From Zootoca vivipara (lineage: Eukaryota), in the NCBI RefSeq assembly GCF_963506605.1, contig NC_083276.1, positions 63,488,001 to 63,552,000 on the forward strand: a stretch of 64,000 bases of DNA, in the 5' to 3' direction. The notes under the pieces were generated by a model. It worked only from the letters and a program-made list of their open reading frames with translations. It was not told the DNA's origin and ran no database searches. Shown one piece after another: positions 61,910 through 64,000 of the stretch. The position numbers and the translations under genes were made by a program. The first letter of the stretch is position 1. Each line of letters begins with the position of its first letter.

Positions 61910-63985
61910 GTTTAAAATATGTGCTTAATGTTGAGATTAAGTTTTACATATCTCTCCACTCCCAACAATCCCCTTAAATGCCAAGTGTGGAAGGGAAATT
62001 ATAGCTCAACCTTAGTGATGTTACAGGTACTAATAGGTCTTAGTGACAGTTGAGCACCTCTACCTGGAAAAGGAGATTTCAGATCTAGCACGTGCCTCCT
62101 AAGGTGCCACAAAACCTTGTCAAGTCAATTTGCCAGTCACAGATATGCAAAATATGTGTTGCACAGTCAGACCATAGTATAGTGTTACAGGAACAAAGCT
62201 CACCACGACTTCAGCTCTGCGTTCTCTCCTCCTCCTCCAGTATAACAATGAAGAGATATTAAGCTTCCACTTCTGTTTTTGATTAACAGAAGATAAGCAG
62301 TATCTAAGCCCTAAACTGTGGTGAATCTTGAAAGTATGAAACCTGTTTGTTTCAACTAACAATAATTAAGATGAACCACAGTTTCTTTGTGTTCAGATGC
62401 CTTGGCAATCTGCTGTTAATCTAAACAGAAGTAATGCTTCCAGACTCCTCATGCTAAACAATGGTTTACTGTCCAAACCAACCTCCCCTCTCTCTTACAC
62501 ACCCTACAAATTGCAATGTAAGGTACATCGAAGACATAAAAATATTTACTTTTAATTTTAGTTTTGTGATATTACTGGCAACTAAAACCAAGCTATTAAA
62601 CAGGAAAGTATCAAATAATCTCCATAAAACATGAAAGAAGCTTTTTAAAAAAAGATATTTGCTATCTTTCAAGTACGGTAGCAATTTCTGAAAGAGCAGC
62701 ACTAGAAAATATTGGCCACTTGTTTTGTAAATCTTAGGGAAGTATTTATAAACACTGTATTAAAATAGTCATAAATAAAGCAGCCAGGCTGTTTCTCAAA
62801 ATCCACAGGGGAAAACTAGATTAACAGGCAGATTGAAAACTTAATTGCCAGAAAATATTGACCAATGTGTAGATAAATAAGTGACACAACATAGAAAAGA
62901 ACAATGAGAAACAGAAGAAGAGTTGCAATGGTACCACAGTAGTGGTAACAATGGCCTAAATTCCACACAACCACATTTTTGTTGTTGAGGAGAAAATCCT
63001 AGTGGCAACCTGTCATACATTTCCTTCAAACTGAAGTAATCACAGTGGGTCATCTGCGAGCTCAGTAGTCAGTTTCTAAAAAGAACAGCAGCCATAATTT
63101 GAAAATGCTCTTTCTCCCATGCGAGGATACCCTGAATGGGTAAATACAAAAGGGATTATAGATGCAACTAACAAATAATCAGCAAAATAGTTTATGTAGC
63201 CTATATAAATTGCAATGGAAGCACCCTGATATAGTCCCTACGTGCTTTTTTATTCTTGATTTTTGTTGGACTCAAAGGGTTGTATTGAGTTAAATTTGGC
63301 ATACTACTATTATTATTTATTAAATTTGTATGATGCCTTTCATCCATAAATCTCAGGGCAATTCACAATGTAAAATCTTAGAAATTAATGGTCAATGAAA
63401 TTAATGGCCATAACATAGGGTCATTAATATCAATGTATCTACTCCAAGTAAAGGTTGGTTGAATACCACTGAAGGCTACCACAACAATTCAATTCAACCC
63501 CTTTAAAAACCCTTAAGAAACATCTCCCTGAGCTTCAAGTGCATAAAACGAAGACATGGATTAAATGCTTTAAATCAAAATTTACCTCTGATTAGGTTTT
63601 GGATTAATAGTTATTTTTTTCCACTTTATCTAGTTTATTAATTTGTATGCTTCATTTGTTGGCAGCTTTTAAGTTGTCTTGATCACTGAAACTGGAAGCG
63701 GTCAGTTGCCCGGTCAGATAGGCCTCAATGCCATAGGCGGCTAGAGACTAAATGCCTATTCCCTTCATTTCAGGATGAAAGACTGACTGTTGCTTGGAGG
63801 AAGAGAGAAAACAGCAATAAGAGGTGGCCCTCTCCCTGAGCTAACCTTTCCTCAGCCATATCTAGAGTCTAGCAGCTAGACTGTAGCCCATGAAAGGGTA
63901 GAGGGTGGTACCTCTGTGAGCAAGAGAAGGAAGGAGTGGGGGCAGGAAAGCTTTTGCTGGGTAAGCCAATTGTGAGTGCCTAAAC

Positions 63986-64000
63986 CAGGCATCCCCAAAC
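63986..64000. mobile_element. Start of another caggcatccccaaac hAT MITE, cut by window end
   Basis: Identical to the TIR at 5558 and 53939. Confidence 0.8.

Noticed and set aside
62205-62280. Possible 69-nt minus-strand exon with donor GTG/gtgagc
   Set aside because: Acceptor lacks an adjacent polypyrimidine tract and no frame gives a recognisable peptide.

Overview
AT-rich, repeat-dense vertebrate genomic DNA. The repeat inventory (Sauria SINE, BovB/RTE, squamate-type CR1 and L2 3' ends, Penelope-type short repeats, many hAT and Tc1/pogo MITEs) points to a squamate reptile, most likely a lacertid lizard (inference). No complete host gene is present. The only credible host coding sequence is a minus-strand terminal exon at about 53256-53525 (…LSFLQHLGVHVGQAIAAELAEKS…SSWDTEQQ*), which I cannot name. 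It is followed by long 3'UTR-like sequence (about 46.4-53.2 kb), and a second UTR-like block (about 31.8-36 kb) ends at a minus-strand AATAAA. 53.5-64 kb would be intron, and 1-31 kb looks intergenic with several repeat-free, homeobox-motif-rich candidate enhancers. Nearly all long ORFs in the track are dead LINE fragments, antisense shadows or N-run artefacts. Most notable observations: (1) a palindromic Penelope-derived insertion carrying two head-to-head minimal hammerhead ribozymes with intact cores and a 13-bp TSD; (2) a BovB insertion whose 5' junction holds a perfect 46-bp copy of DNA about 1 kb away; (3) a bipartite BovB-derived SINE-like element; (4) a miR-17-family site locked inside a perfect 10-bp UTR hairpin; (5) several long foldback elements. 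Six N-runs hide about 1.3 kb. All family assignments come from motif recognition only, with no database search.
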